Part shown: piece after piece, positions 8,107 through 16,524 of the stretch
How positions within the stretch are numbered: position 1 is the first letter of the stretch
How the letters are laid out: every line of letters begins with the position of its first letter
Assembly (NCBI GenBank): GCA_947303375.1
Contig: CAMYYF010000001.1
Coordinates: 1-54,800, forward strand
DNA: 54,800 nt
Direction: 5' to 3'
Origin: an uncultured Lachnospiraceae bacterium
GTDB lineage: Bacteria; Bacillota; Clostridia; Lachnospirales; Lachnospiraceae
Notes under the pieces: generated by a model
What the model saw: the letters and a program-made list of their open reading frames with translations, nothing else
Databases searched by the model: none
Told to the model about the DNA's origin: nothing
Made by a program: the position numbers and the translations under genes

Positions 8107-10101
8107 ATGAACAATACACCGAAAAGAGCCGATGACATACTTAATTTTCAAATTAACGGCTTTCATCAATATATCTTCGACGGTACCGCACATTTATCAT
8201 TTGTGAGTCAGAATTTTGAAAATCTGACCGGTTACAAAGAAGACGAACTCCTTGATGAAAGCAGGGATTTGTACTCTCTTCTTGTTCATCCCGAAGATCT
8301 AAAAGTTTATTCCACATTAATCGAAAAAGTAAGCGCTTTTGAAACAACCGAAAGCGCTAAATATCATTTAATAAAAAAAGACGGCAGCATCATTTATGTT
8401 TCCGACACTGTTACAAGTGTTAAAGCGGAAAACAACACAATGATTCTTTCGTCTTATTTAACAGACATTTCCGAATTTGAAATCGACAATAAAAACTTAC
8501 GTTTCTTAGACGAAACCGCTCCCTGCGGATTCCTAAAATATACATGTGAGAAAAATCCCAGAGTAACATTTGTAAATAAACAGCTCATTGATTTTCTTCG
8601 CATTCCTAATGTAGATTCTCCCGAGTTTGATCTGCCTGAAATGTACAAGCAGAACATCTTTCTTTTCATACCGCCCGAAGAAAGAAGACGTTTTTCTTTG
8701 TTCTTAAACAGAGTAAATACCGCGGGTAAACCTATAGCCGGCGAAATGTCTCTTTTACGATTGGACGGAACCAGAATCCGTGTATTCGGCTGGGTTACCA
8801 AGCACAAAAACGAAGACGGCAGCGAAGAATTCCAGAGCGCATTTATGGATATAAGCGAGCGTTTCGAAAACAACGAAATTGCCGAGGCAAACAGATATAT
8901 CAAGGCATTGAGCGAAGTATACGACAAAATCTTCGAATTCAATTCGTTGAATAATACTGTTAAATGTCTTTACTGCAACAATTCGTCAATGTTCAGACAT
9001 TTCGAAAATATTTCCATGCCGCTCGATGAAGCACTGACCAAATTTATTACCGATTCGGTGGATAAAGACGATTCGGAAATGGTCAGACTTTTCTTCAATG
9101 ATTTTAGCAGTAAGAAATTCTTCGAGCCCGATGCAAAACCGCCTACAATCACATACAAGGCAATCTCTTCGGATAATGTTTTAAGACAGTACAACGGTGT
9201 CTTTATTAAAGTAACCGAATCCATAGGGTATTTTTGCTGCAGACGTGTGCACGAGAGCAAGGAAATGTCTGATTTAAAGAATCAGAATCTGCAGCTAAAA
9301 GAAAAAATGAATGACCTTATCATGAAATTCTCCGATGGAATAGCCGCATTTGAGGTAACACCCGAAGAATACATGAAGCCTTTATACGCGAGTGAAAACG
9401 TTTGCGAGTTCTTTGGTTACACAAACGAGGAATGGATTCCTTTGACGAAGAAATACACTCCCTGGAAGGACTTTGTTGCAAAGAGCGAAGCAAACAACGA
9501 GGACTTTTTAAACTTCCTTAAAAACGGCGAGGCCGAGTTCACATACTTTGACTATAAGGCTGAATGCGAAAAGAAAATCCGTGCGGTATGCACACAAAAA
9601 GATACTAATGCAAAGTCGCCAAGATATGTAGTACTCTACTCCGTGGACGATGATAAAAACTATAAAAAAGAAATTCCCGAAAACCGCAATGTATCAATTC
9701 GTACTTTCGGATATTTCGATGTATTTGTAGGCGATAAGCCCATTGCTTTCAGAAACAAAAAATCCAAGGAACTTCTTGCTCTTCTTATAGACAGAAGAGG
9801 CGGTTTTGTAACAAGTGAGGAAGCCATAGGTTTCCTTTGGGAAGACGAGCCTGCCAATACACTCACACTTTCTAGATACAGGAAAGTTGCGCTTCGTCTT
9901 AAGAACACTCTCGAAGAATACGGTGTATCGGATATTGTCGAAAGCGTGGACGGTAAAAGACGCATTGTAACCGAAAAGGTTAAATGCGATCTCTTTGATT
10001 ATCTCTCAGGCAAGGAAGAATATTCGCAGACCTTTAAGGGAAGCTATTTAAACAATTACAGCTGGGCCGAAACAACTCTCGGAGAACTTATGAATTCTTA
10101 A
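8107..10101 (+). CDS. multi-PAS sensor fused to C-terminal winged-helix/SARP-like transcriptional activator domain
   Basis: PAS motifs (VSQNFENLTGY...LVHPED; ASENVCEFFGY). C-terminal IRTFGYFDVFV...KSKELLALLIDRRG...LWED...GSYLNNYSWAE is typical of SARP-family OmpR-like HTH. No receiver, kinase or TM domain. Confidence 0.8.
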   Translation: MNNTPKRADDILNFQINGFHQYIFDGTAHLSFVSQNFENLTGYKEDELLDESRDLYSLLVHPEDLKVYSTLIEKVSAFETTESAKYHLIKKDGSIIYVSDTVTSVKAENNTMILSSYLTDISEFEIDNKNLRFLDETAPCGFLKYTCEKNPRVTFVNKQLIDFLRIPNVDSPEFDLPEMYKQNIFLFIPPEERRRFSLFLNRVNTAGKPIAGEMSLLRLDGTRIRVFGWVTKHKNEDGSEEFQSAFMDISERFENNEIAEANRYIKALSEVYDKIFEFNSLNNTVKCLYCNNSSMFRHFENISMPLDEALTKFITDSVDKDDSEMVRLFFNDFSSKKFFEPDAKPPTITYKAISSDNVLRQYNGVFIKVTESIGYFCCRRVHESKEMSDLKNQNLQLKEKMNDLIMKFSDGIAAFEVTPEEYMKPLYASENVCEFFGYTNEEWIPLTKKYTPWKDFVAKSEANNEDFLNFLKNGEAEFTYFDYKAECEKKIRAVCTQKDTNAKSPRYVVLYSVDDDKNYKKEIPENRNVSIRTFGYFDVFVGDKPIAFRNKKSKELLALLIDRRGGFVTSEEAIGFLWEDEPANTLTLSRYRKVALRLKNTLEEYGVSDIVESVDGKRRIVTEKVKCDLFDYLSGKEEYSQTFKGSYLNNYSWAETTLGELMNS

Positions 10102-10702
10102 CCCTTTCACGTATGCTTTCCCAGTCAAAGCATCTTGTGAAATTTTCCCCCGGAAGTTCTGCATCTTTGTTCCACGGTCTGTCAAATACCATTACTTTGA
10201 TGTCAGGCAGATGGTTAAAAAACTTAAAAGCCGTGGGCGAGTCTTCGACAGCCGCATCAAATTTCATTTTGTAATAATCTTCTAACTTAAGACTGAAATC
10301 AGAATTCTTCATAAAGTTTTCCCTGCCGTATTTATCGAGGCAGTAAAGCTTTACATTTTTAAGTCCGTGTTCGTCAAGCCACTCTCTTGAAGGCTCGAAC
10401 GAACCGAAAGGACGTCCTGTAATAATCGAGACATTATTTCCTTTTTCAATCCATTCGTTTAATACGGCTACCGCACCCGGCGTTTCTTCAAAGCCCAACA
10501 ACACTTCGGGCTCGTGGCCTTTTCTAAGCAGTGCGTCATACTGTTCGTCGTCAAGACCAAATGCCATTTGTAGATTAAAATAACGCATTTTTTCATACGG
10601 CACATCTATATTAAACATTTCAAGTGCAATATCTGAAAACGCTCTCGCAGTCTCGCAGAGGCAGTCATCAAAATCAACGTATATATTCATATCTTTCCTC
10701 AC
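10088..10702 (-). CDS. HAD-family 5'(3')-nucleotidase-like protein (NT5C-like)
   Basis: DFDDCL, ITGR, VEDSP and FDRPWN motifs. Confidence 0.75.
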   Translation of the reverse strand: MRKDMNIYVDFDDCLCETARAFSDIALEMFNIDVPYEKMRYFNLQMAFGLDDEQYDALLRKGHEPEVLLGFEETPGAVAVLNEWIEKGNNVSIITGRPFGSFEPSREWLDEHGLKNVKLYCLDKYGRENFMKNSDFSLKLEDYYKMKFDAAVEDSPTAFKFFNHLPDIKVMVFDRPWNKDAELPGENFTRCFDWESIRERVKNS

Positions 10703-11532
10703 ACAATTATCTCTTCGCCCGAATGAACATATTCAAGCTTATCGGATAAAATATTTTTCATTATTTCAAATGCGGGAATACCCGTGCAATGACAGGTCAC
10801 AAATCTCGAAGGGTATTTCTTTAATTCTTCCGCAATATCTTTTATCTCTTCGATTTCACTCTCGCTATAATCGCTCTTTTTCATTAGATGAAAACCACTT
10901 ATAACCACATCCGGCGCTTCATTATATTTTTCTTTATATGCATCTAAAATACTTAATATTCCGTTATGTGCGCAACCTGATAAAAGATATGATTTTCCGT
11001 TTTCTCTTACCACCAGAAAATGCTCATGATTAAATTCGTCGCGTTCAAATGAACCGGCTTTTTTTATCAAAAGGTTCTTATTCGTGGAAGGAAGCTTGTG
11101 GCTTCTGTTTTTTATGGTAAATACTTCAATTTCTTCGTCTATTTTTGTATCACCGTTTATAATCCTTGCCTTTGAAAGTGAAACGATGTTTTTATCAATT
11201 CCGATATATCTGTATCTTTCAATTGCGCTCTCTCCGTCATCCGCATAATAATCTTCTTTTGCAGATTCCTGGAAATAAATAAGTGCTTTATCGTTTATCT
11301 TCGTAAAAGGAATAATACCGCCAGAGTGATCGTAATGTCCGTGGCTTAAAACAACCGTATCAATCTCGGATAAATCTATACCGAGCGCCTTGGCGTTTTC
11401 AAGCGTATCTGAGGAAGGTCCTGCATCCAACAGCATTTTATGCTTTGCGGTTTCAACATAAAACGAAAGCCCGTGAGCGGATATACATTCTTTATTTCCT
11501 TTTGTATCTTCAATAAGATTAACTATTCTCAT
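10699..11532 (-). CDS. metallo-beta-lactamase fold hydrolase
   Basis: HGLS, SHGHYDHSGG, GCAHNG, GFHL and CHCTG motifs. Confidence 0.88.
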   Translation of the reverse strand: MRIVNLIEDTKGNKECISAHGLSFYVETAKHKMLLDAGPSSDTLENAKALGIDLSEIDTVVLSHGHYDHSGGIIPFTKINDKALIYFQESAKEDYYADDGESAIERYRYIGIDKNIVSLSKARIINGDTKIDEEIEVFTIKNRSHKLPSTNKNLLIKKAGSFERDEFNHEHFLVVRENGKSYLLSGCAHNGILSILDAYKEKYNEAPDVVISGFHLMKKSDYSESEIEEIKDIAEELKKYPSRFVTCHCTGIPAFEIMKNILSDKLEYVHSGEEIIV

Positions 11533-11595
11533 AAAACTATCCTTTATCTTTCAAATCACGCATACCATTTTACCATAAAAGAGATTATTTAACAT

Positions 11596-11627
11596 AAAAA
11601 AAGACCGCCTTTTTCAAGGCAGCCTTT
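11596..11627 (-). terminator. rho-independent terminator of the ZIP gene
   Basis: Minus strand AAAGGCTGCCTT-GAAA-AAGGCGGTCTTT followed by a T run. Confidence 0.7.
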
Positions 11628-11638
11628 CTAATATCATT

Positions 11639-12421
11639 TTATCCGAGCGCCACATCAAGCGCCATCATCAGTATAAATCCTACAGAAAATGTTATTACAC
11701 CGACGTTGGAATGTTCTCCCGAAGACATCTCGGGAATTAACTCTTCCACAACAACGTATATCATTGCACCGGCCGCAAAGCTTAATAGATAAGGCATTGC
11801 AGGCACTATAAACGAAACCGCAAGTATCGTTATAAGTGCTCCTACAGGCTCTACCGCACCCGATAACATACCGGATAAGAATGCTTTGCCTTTATTCTTT
11901 CCTTCCGCACAAAGAGGCATTGAAATAATAGCGCCTTCGGGGAAGTTCTGAATTGCTATACCGATTGCAAGAGCAAGTGCTCCGCTTGCGGTAATCGAAG
12001 TCTTGCCTGATAAAAGGCCCGCATATACGACACCAACCGCCATTCCTTCGGGAATATTATGAAGCGTAACTGCCAGTACCATCATTGTTGTCTTCTTTAA
12101 TTTGCTCTTCGGTCCTTCGGCTTTATCCGTATTTAGATGTAAATGAGGTATCACTGAGTCTAATATCAAAAGAAATACTATTCCGAGCGAAAAGCCTATG
12201 GCAGACGGAATAAAAGACATACTGCCTAAATTAGATGACTGCTCTATTGCAGGGATTATAAGGCTGAAAAACGAAGCAGCAACCATTACGCCGCTGGCAA
12301 AACCTGTAAGGCCCCTTTGAACCTTATCGCTCATTTTGTCTTTCATAAAGAATACGCAGGCAGCTCCTGCAGTCGTTCCGAAGAAAGGTATTGCAAGTCC
12401 GAGTATTGTATTTAAATTCAT
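11639..12421 (-). CDS. ZIP family divalent metal transporter (ZupT/GufA-like)
   Basis: LHNIPEGMAVG and IQNFPEG signature helices. Confidence 0.92.
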   Translation of the reverse strand: MNLNTILGLAIPFFGTTAGAACVFFMKDKMSDKVQRGLTGFASGVMVAASFFSLIIPAIEQSSNLGSMSFIPSAIGFSLGIVFLLILDSVIPHLHLNTDKAEGPKSKLKKTTMMVLAVTLHNIPEGMAVGVVYAGLLSGKTSITASGALALAIGIAIQNFPEGAIISMPLCAEGKNKGKAFLSGMLSGAVEPVGALITILAVSFIVPAMPYLLSFAAGAMIYVVVEELIPEMSSGEHSNVGVITFSVGFILMMALDVALG

Positions 12422-12447
12422 AATCTTTCTCCTCTCCTGATTTATTA

Positions 12448-12469
12448 AAAGTTAGTTTATACAAACTTT
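12448..12469. promoter_or_regulatory. palindromic operator upstream of ZIP gene (DtxR/MntR-like)
   Basis: AAAGTTAGTTT/ATACAAACTTT, 9 of 11 pairs symmetric. Confidence 0.55.
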
Positions 12470-12517
12470 GTTGTCTTTTTATAACCGGCAAATCTCTGCC
12501 GGTTATTTTCAACTAAC

Positions 12518-12545
12518 ATTATATTCTCAAAGTCAAAAAAGTCAA
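12518..12545 (-). promoter_or_regulatory. sigma-A promoter of the ZIP gene
   Basis: TTGACT-16 nt-TATAAT on the minus strand. Confidence 0.55.
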
Positions 12546-12561
12546 ATCATGAATTTAATCT

Positions 12562-12939
12562 TTATTCACCTGTTCTTTTATGATAGTCATCAAGTGCGGA
12601 TTTAATAGCCTCTTCCGCGAGTACGGAACAGTGCATCTTATAATCGGGCAGACCGTCCAAAGCTTCTGCTACCGCCTGGTTGGTTAATTTCATTGCATCC
12701 GCAACGGGCTTACCTTTAATAAGCTCTGTAGCCATTGAGCTTGATGCTATTGCGCTGCCGCAGCCGAAGGTCTCGAATTTTACATCTTTTATGATGTCAT
12801 CTTCAATCTTTAAATACATTTTCATGATGTCGCCACACTTTGCGTTGCCGACTTCACCTATACCGTTAGCGTCCTCTATTACTCCGACATTTCTCGGATT
12901 TCTGAAATGATCCATTACTTTTTCACTGTATAAAGCCAT
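12562..12939 (-). CDS. iscU: Fe-S cluster scaffold NifU/IscU
   Basis: YSEKVMDHFRNPRNVG, CGD, FGCGSAIAS, KMHCS. Confidence 0.95.
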   Translation of the reverse strand: MALYSEKVMDHFRNPRNVGVIEDANGIGEVGNAKCGDIMKMYLKIEDDIIKDVKFETFGCGSAIASSSMATELIKGKPVADAMKLTNQAVAEALDGLPDYKMHCSVLAEEAIKSALDDYHKRTGE

Positions 12940-12960
12940 TTTGTTTTCCTCCTAAATATT

Positions 12961-14145
12961 CTATAAAATGAATTCTCTTTTACCTGAAATCAAATCTCTC
13001 CAAACAGGAGAAAAACCTCTTAAGTATTCAACCACTTCTTTGACCGAAGAAATGATAGTCTCAACTTCCTCATCCGTGGTGCTCTCGTCAATCGATAGTC
13101 TTAATGACCCGTGTGCCACATCATGCACTCTTCCTATTGCAAGGAGAACGTGGCTTGGGTCAAGCGAGCCCGATGTACATGCACTTCCTGATGAAGCAGC
13201 GATTCCCTTATCGTCCAAAAGAAGCAAAATCGATTCACCCTCGATTCCTTCGAAGCAGAAATTAACATTTCCGGGAAGGCGCCTGGTCGCATCGCCGTTT
13301 AAAGCGGAATGTGAAATCTCGGATATGCCCTCAATCAATCTGTCTCTCTTGGCCGTTACAAGCTTTGAATAATTATCAAGATTTGCAACCGCATCCTCAA
13401 GAGCAACAGCCATTGCGGCGATACCCGGTACGTTTTCGGTGCCTGCTCTCTTGCCTTTTTCCTGTGATCCGCCTTCTATAAGGTTAAACAGTTTTACACC
13501 TTTTCTTACATACAGAAATCCAACGCCCTTGGGACCGTGGAATTTGTGCGCTGATGCGGAAAGCATATCAATATTATCGTCTACAACATTTACCGGAATA
13601 TGTCCGATTGCCTGGACAGCATCCGTATGGAAGGTCACGCCGTGCTTCTTACAGACTTCGCCGATTTCACGAATCGGTTCGATTGTGCCGATTTCGTTGT
13701 TGGCAAACATAATTGTTACAAGGCATGTATCTTCTCTGATTGCATCCTCAACTTCCTTGGGATCTATGAGCCCGTTTTCGTGTACATCAAGAAGTGTTAT
13801 TTCAAATCCTTCTTTTTTAAGCTTGTTTAAAGTATGTAATACTGCGTGATGTTCAAAAGCAGATGAAATAATATGCTTCTTTCCTAAAGCCTCTCCTGCC
13901 TTTGCCGCACTGTTTATAGCCTGATTGTCAGACTCGCTTCCGCCCGAGGTAAATATAATCTCTTTGGGATTTGCTCCGATAGCGTTTGCAACCTTTACCC
14001 TCGCATCCTCCAACACTTCCCTGGATTTTTGTCCGAATTCATAAAGACTCGACGGATTGCCGTATGTATCTTTCATAAGCGAAACCATTGTTTCAATGGC
14101 CTTATCACTCATTTTTGTTGTAGCTGCATTATCTGCATAAATCAT
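12961..14145 (-). CDS. iscS: cysteine desulfurase NifS/IscS
   Basis: DNAATT, SAHKFHGPKG (PLP Lys), SSGSACTS. Confidence 0.95.
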   Translation of the reverse strand: MIYADNAATTKMSDKAIETMVSLMKDTYGNPSSLYEFGQKSREVLEDARVKVANAIGANPKEIIFTSGGSESDNQAINSAAKAGEALGKKHIISSAFEHHAVLHTLNKLKKEGFEITLLDVHENGLIDPKEVEDAIREDTCLVTIMFANNEIGTIEPIREIGEVCKKHGVTFHTDAVQAIGHIPVNVVDDNIDMLSASAHKFHGPKGVGFLYVRKGVKLFNLIEGGSQEKGKRAGTENVPGIAAMAVALEDAVANLDNYSKLVTAKRDRLIEGISEISHSALNGDATRRLPGNVNFCFEGIEGESILLLLDDKGIAASSGSACTSGSLDPSHVLLAIGRVHDVAHGSLRLSIDESTTDEEVETIISSVKEVVEYLRGFSPVWRDLISGKREFIL

Positions 14146-14200
14146 GTATGGATACTCCTTTCAGGCAGGTTAATAATCAGCCTATTCCCTGCCAAAAAGA

Positions 14201-14233
14201 ATTTTATTCCTATTCGCCTACTGTGTCAATAGG
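14201..14233 (-). promoter_or_regulatory. iscSU promoter with overlapping CCTA-N9-TAGG inverted repeat
   Basis: TTGACA (14229-14224), 17 nt, TAAAAT (14206-14201). Palindrome at 14217-14233 covers the -35. Confidence 0.7.
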
Positions 14234-14285
14234 TTTTTAACTCATAATAAAAAGCCCTCATCGGACTTTTTATGTATTTATATAT

Positions 14286-14729
14286 TTATTCAGCTGATTT
14301 TGCCTTAAATTCCAAGACCTTTTCGGTATATACCGCCTCGCGTTTCTTAAGGACAAAAAATTCGATTACAAGGCAGATTATATAAGTTAATACCACTATC
14401 GCTCCAAATATACTCCATACTATAATATTTCCCTTTGTGGAGAACATTCCCATAAGATAAAACATCAAAACCTCAACAGGAATAAACAATACGTAAAAGA
14501 GTGTCAGCGAAAAGATAAATCCCCTCTTTTGCATTTTTTTTGTCAGGAAGCAGATTCCGAAGGTAATCACTCCCCAGAGGCATAAAGCGAAGAGTTTTAT
14601 TAAAAAAGCGATTGAAATCGATTTGCTTCCGAGCGCGATATTAAGTATCACGGAGCATATTACCAGCCATGCAAATACAAACGACATTGCGTTTCTGAAA
14701 TATATTAAAAAATCTTTTGTACTTCTCAT
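14286..14729 (-). CDS. four-TM membrane protein, DUF3021-like LytTR partner
   Basis: Four hydrophobic segments, directly downstream of a LytTR-only regulator. Confidence 0.7.
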   Translation of the reverse strand: MRSTKDFLIYFRNAMSFVFAWLVICSVILNIALGSKSISIAFLIKLFALCLWGVITFGICFLTKKMQKRGFIFSLTLFYVLFIPVEVLMFYLMGMFSTKGNIIVWSIFGAIVVLTYIICLVIEFFVLKKREAVYTEKVLEFKAKSAE

Positions 14730-14730
14730 A

Positions 14731-15174
14731 TCAGTTCCTTATTCCGAGCAGTTTCTTAAGTTCCGTCGCATATCGCCTGGAGATAACCACCACTTCGTCA
14801 TTCGACAAAGTTGCAAGTATGTTTCTGGTTATCTCGGGCTTAAGCTTGACCACTTTGTTTAAATTGATAATCACAGATTTCGAACATCTGAAATAGTCTC
14901 TGTTATCCAGTATCTCTTCGAGCTCATACAGTCTTTTATCCGTGCTTAATACTTTATCTTCGGTATAGATAAATGTCTTTTTGTCCACGGATTCAATGTA
15001 AAAGATATCATTCGGAGAGACAATATATGTATTACCGTCTTCCGTTCCGGAAATACCGGTAGAGAAATTGTCTATATGTCTCTTAAGTCTTTTGACTTCA
15101 TCCGTAATATCCTTACAGTGAATTTCGACATTGACCGATTCAGTTGTCTGATTGTTAATTATCTCAACTCTCAA
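14731..15174 (-). CDS. LytTR-only DNA-binding regulator
   Basis: IFYIESVDKK, LYELEEIL, FRCSKSVIIN and ISRRY motifs, no receiver domain. TTG start. Confidence 0.9.
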   Translation of the reverse strand: MRVEIINNQTTESVNVEIHCKDITDEVKRLKRHIDNFSTGISGTEDGNTYIVSPNDIFYIESVDKKTFIYTEDKVLSTDKRLYELEEILDNRDYFRCSKSVIINLNKVVKLKPEITRNILATLSNDEVVVISRRYATELKKLLGIRN

Positions 15175-15743
15175 TTAAGAATTCTTTCCTTTCGGGCATT
15201 TATAAAAAGTAAAACCACAAGTATTGCCTGCATGATTATTATAAAAGCGGCGATTCCTGCATTTCCGAAAAACAGTGATACGAACATTGCGCCGACCGCT
15301 TCGATAATCGAGATAACCGTATATGCCTTGCAGTTATAAACCCAGGCGAAAGGTAAAAGATGTGCTCCGAAGATGATGGCATATATCAAAAGCATTGCCT
15401 GAGGTAAGAATGTACAGGTCAGCATCGCTATGGGAAGATAAAGGTTCTGATTCATCGTACACATAAATCCGAGTTTGCTGACAGGGTTTTTCGTTTTCTT
15501 AAAGATTTTTGCTTTAAGAACGAGCGAGAAAAGAATCGCTACAGGCATCATAAAAGCCGAACTTACAAATGTAAGCAGATTTGCTTTGTCAAGCGATGTG
15601 GCAAAAATCTGTACGCCTAAAACCATGCTCCAAACGATTACCGATGACATCATGTAAGGCAGACCGTTTTTCTGTAAAATCTTGGCCTCTCTTCTTAATT
15701 CTTCGATATTGTTAACGTTACCTGAAAGTCTTAATGTATCCAT
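15171..15743 (-). CDS. six-TM hypothetical membrane protein
   Basis: Hydrophobic, with GAHLLPFAWVY motif. Strong RBS AAGGAGG. Overlaps the LytTR start by 4 nt. Confidence 0.8.
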   Translation of the reverse strand: MDTLRLSGNVNNIEELRREAKILQKNGLPYMMSSVIVWSMVLGVQIFATSLDKANLLTFVSSAFMMPVAILFSLVLKAKIFKKTKNPVSKLGFMCTMNQNLYLPIAMLTCTFLPQAMLLIYAIIFGAHLLPFAWVYNCKAYTVISIIEAVGAMFVSLFFGNAGIAAFIIIMQAILVVLLFINARKERILN

Positions 15744-15776
15744 GTTTAATCCTCCTTAGATTGTCTTTATGAGCAC

Positions 15777-15847
15777 ATCTTATCTAAGGGGAAGTGGTAT
15801 ATCAATACCTCGGATACCAAGCGGTACAAAGGGCATTACCAAGATGC
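15777..15847 (-). promoter_or_regulatory. promoter with LytTR-type direct repeats
   Basis: TTGATA-17-TAAGAT (15805-15777). CTTGGTA repeated 22 bp apart (15815-15821 and 15837-15843) just upstream of the -35. Confidence 0.6.
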
Positions 15848-15858
15848 CAAAAAGCCTC

Positions 15859-16509
15859 TTAAATAAGGATTTTAAGCAGATCTTCGGGCGTATCGGCTAT
15901 GGTTTTCGCACCGTATTCTTCCAACATTTTCCTGCCTCTGAATCCCCAGGATACACCAATAAAATCCATTTCTGAATTCAGGGACGTTTCCAAATCGACA
16001 TTGGAATCTCCGATGTAAACCGCATCCTCTGTCTTTATGTCAAGACGCCTTAGGATTTCATCCACCATATCTCTTTCAGGCTTTAAGGCAAAGCCCTTGG
16101 TTTCTCCCATGGCACAGTCAAAGCATCCTTCATAATACTTCTCGGCGAGTTTCTGCACGCCTATATCGGCTTTGTTGGAAACAACGGCTGTTTTAATGCC
16201 TTCAGCCTTCAGTTTCTTTATAACATCGACTATTCCGTCATAGGGCTTTGTTTTTATTTCGTTATGGTCCTTGTAATATGTAAAAAGATCGTTATACACT
16301 GCCATTACGGTCTTTTCGTCAGTGCCTTCAGGCGTTGCTCTTTTGGCTTCCATGTAAAGACCGTTTCCGACTATTTTTCTGACATCGTCTATACCAAGTT
16401 CACGAAATCCGTTTTTTCTTAAGGCATAGTTGGTTGAATCGGTTAAATCCTCTAGGGTATCAAGAATCGTACCGTCCATATCAAAGATTGCAAGTTTATA
16501 TTTTTTCAC
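15859..16509 (-). CDS. HAD hydrolase, phosphoglycolate phosphatase-like
   Basis: FDMDGTILDT, VVSNK, KP, YIGDS and VSWGFR motifs. GTG start. Confidence 0.88.
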   Translation of the reverse strand: MKKYKLAIFDMDGTILDTLEDLTDSTNYALRKNGFRELGIDDVRKIVGNGLYMEAKRATPEGTDEKTVMAVYNDLFTYYKDHNEIKTKPYDGIVDVIKKLKAEGIKTAVVSNKADIGVQKLAEKYYEGCFDCAMGETKGFALKPERDMVDEILRRLDIKTEDAVYIGDSNVDLETSLNSEMDFIGVSWGFRGRKMLEEYGAKTIADTPEDLLKILI

Positions 16510-16524
16510 GTTTATTCTCCAAAC

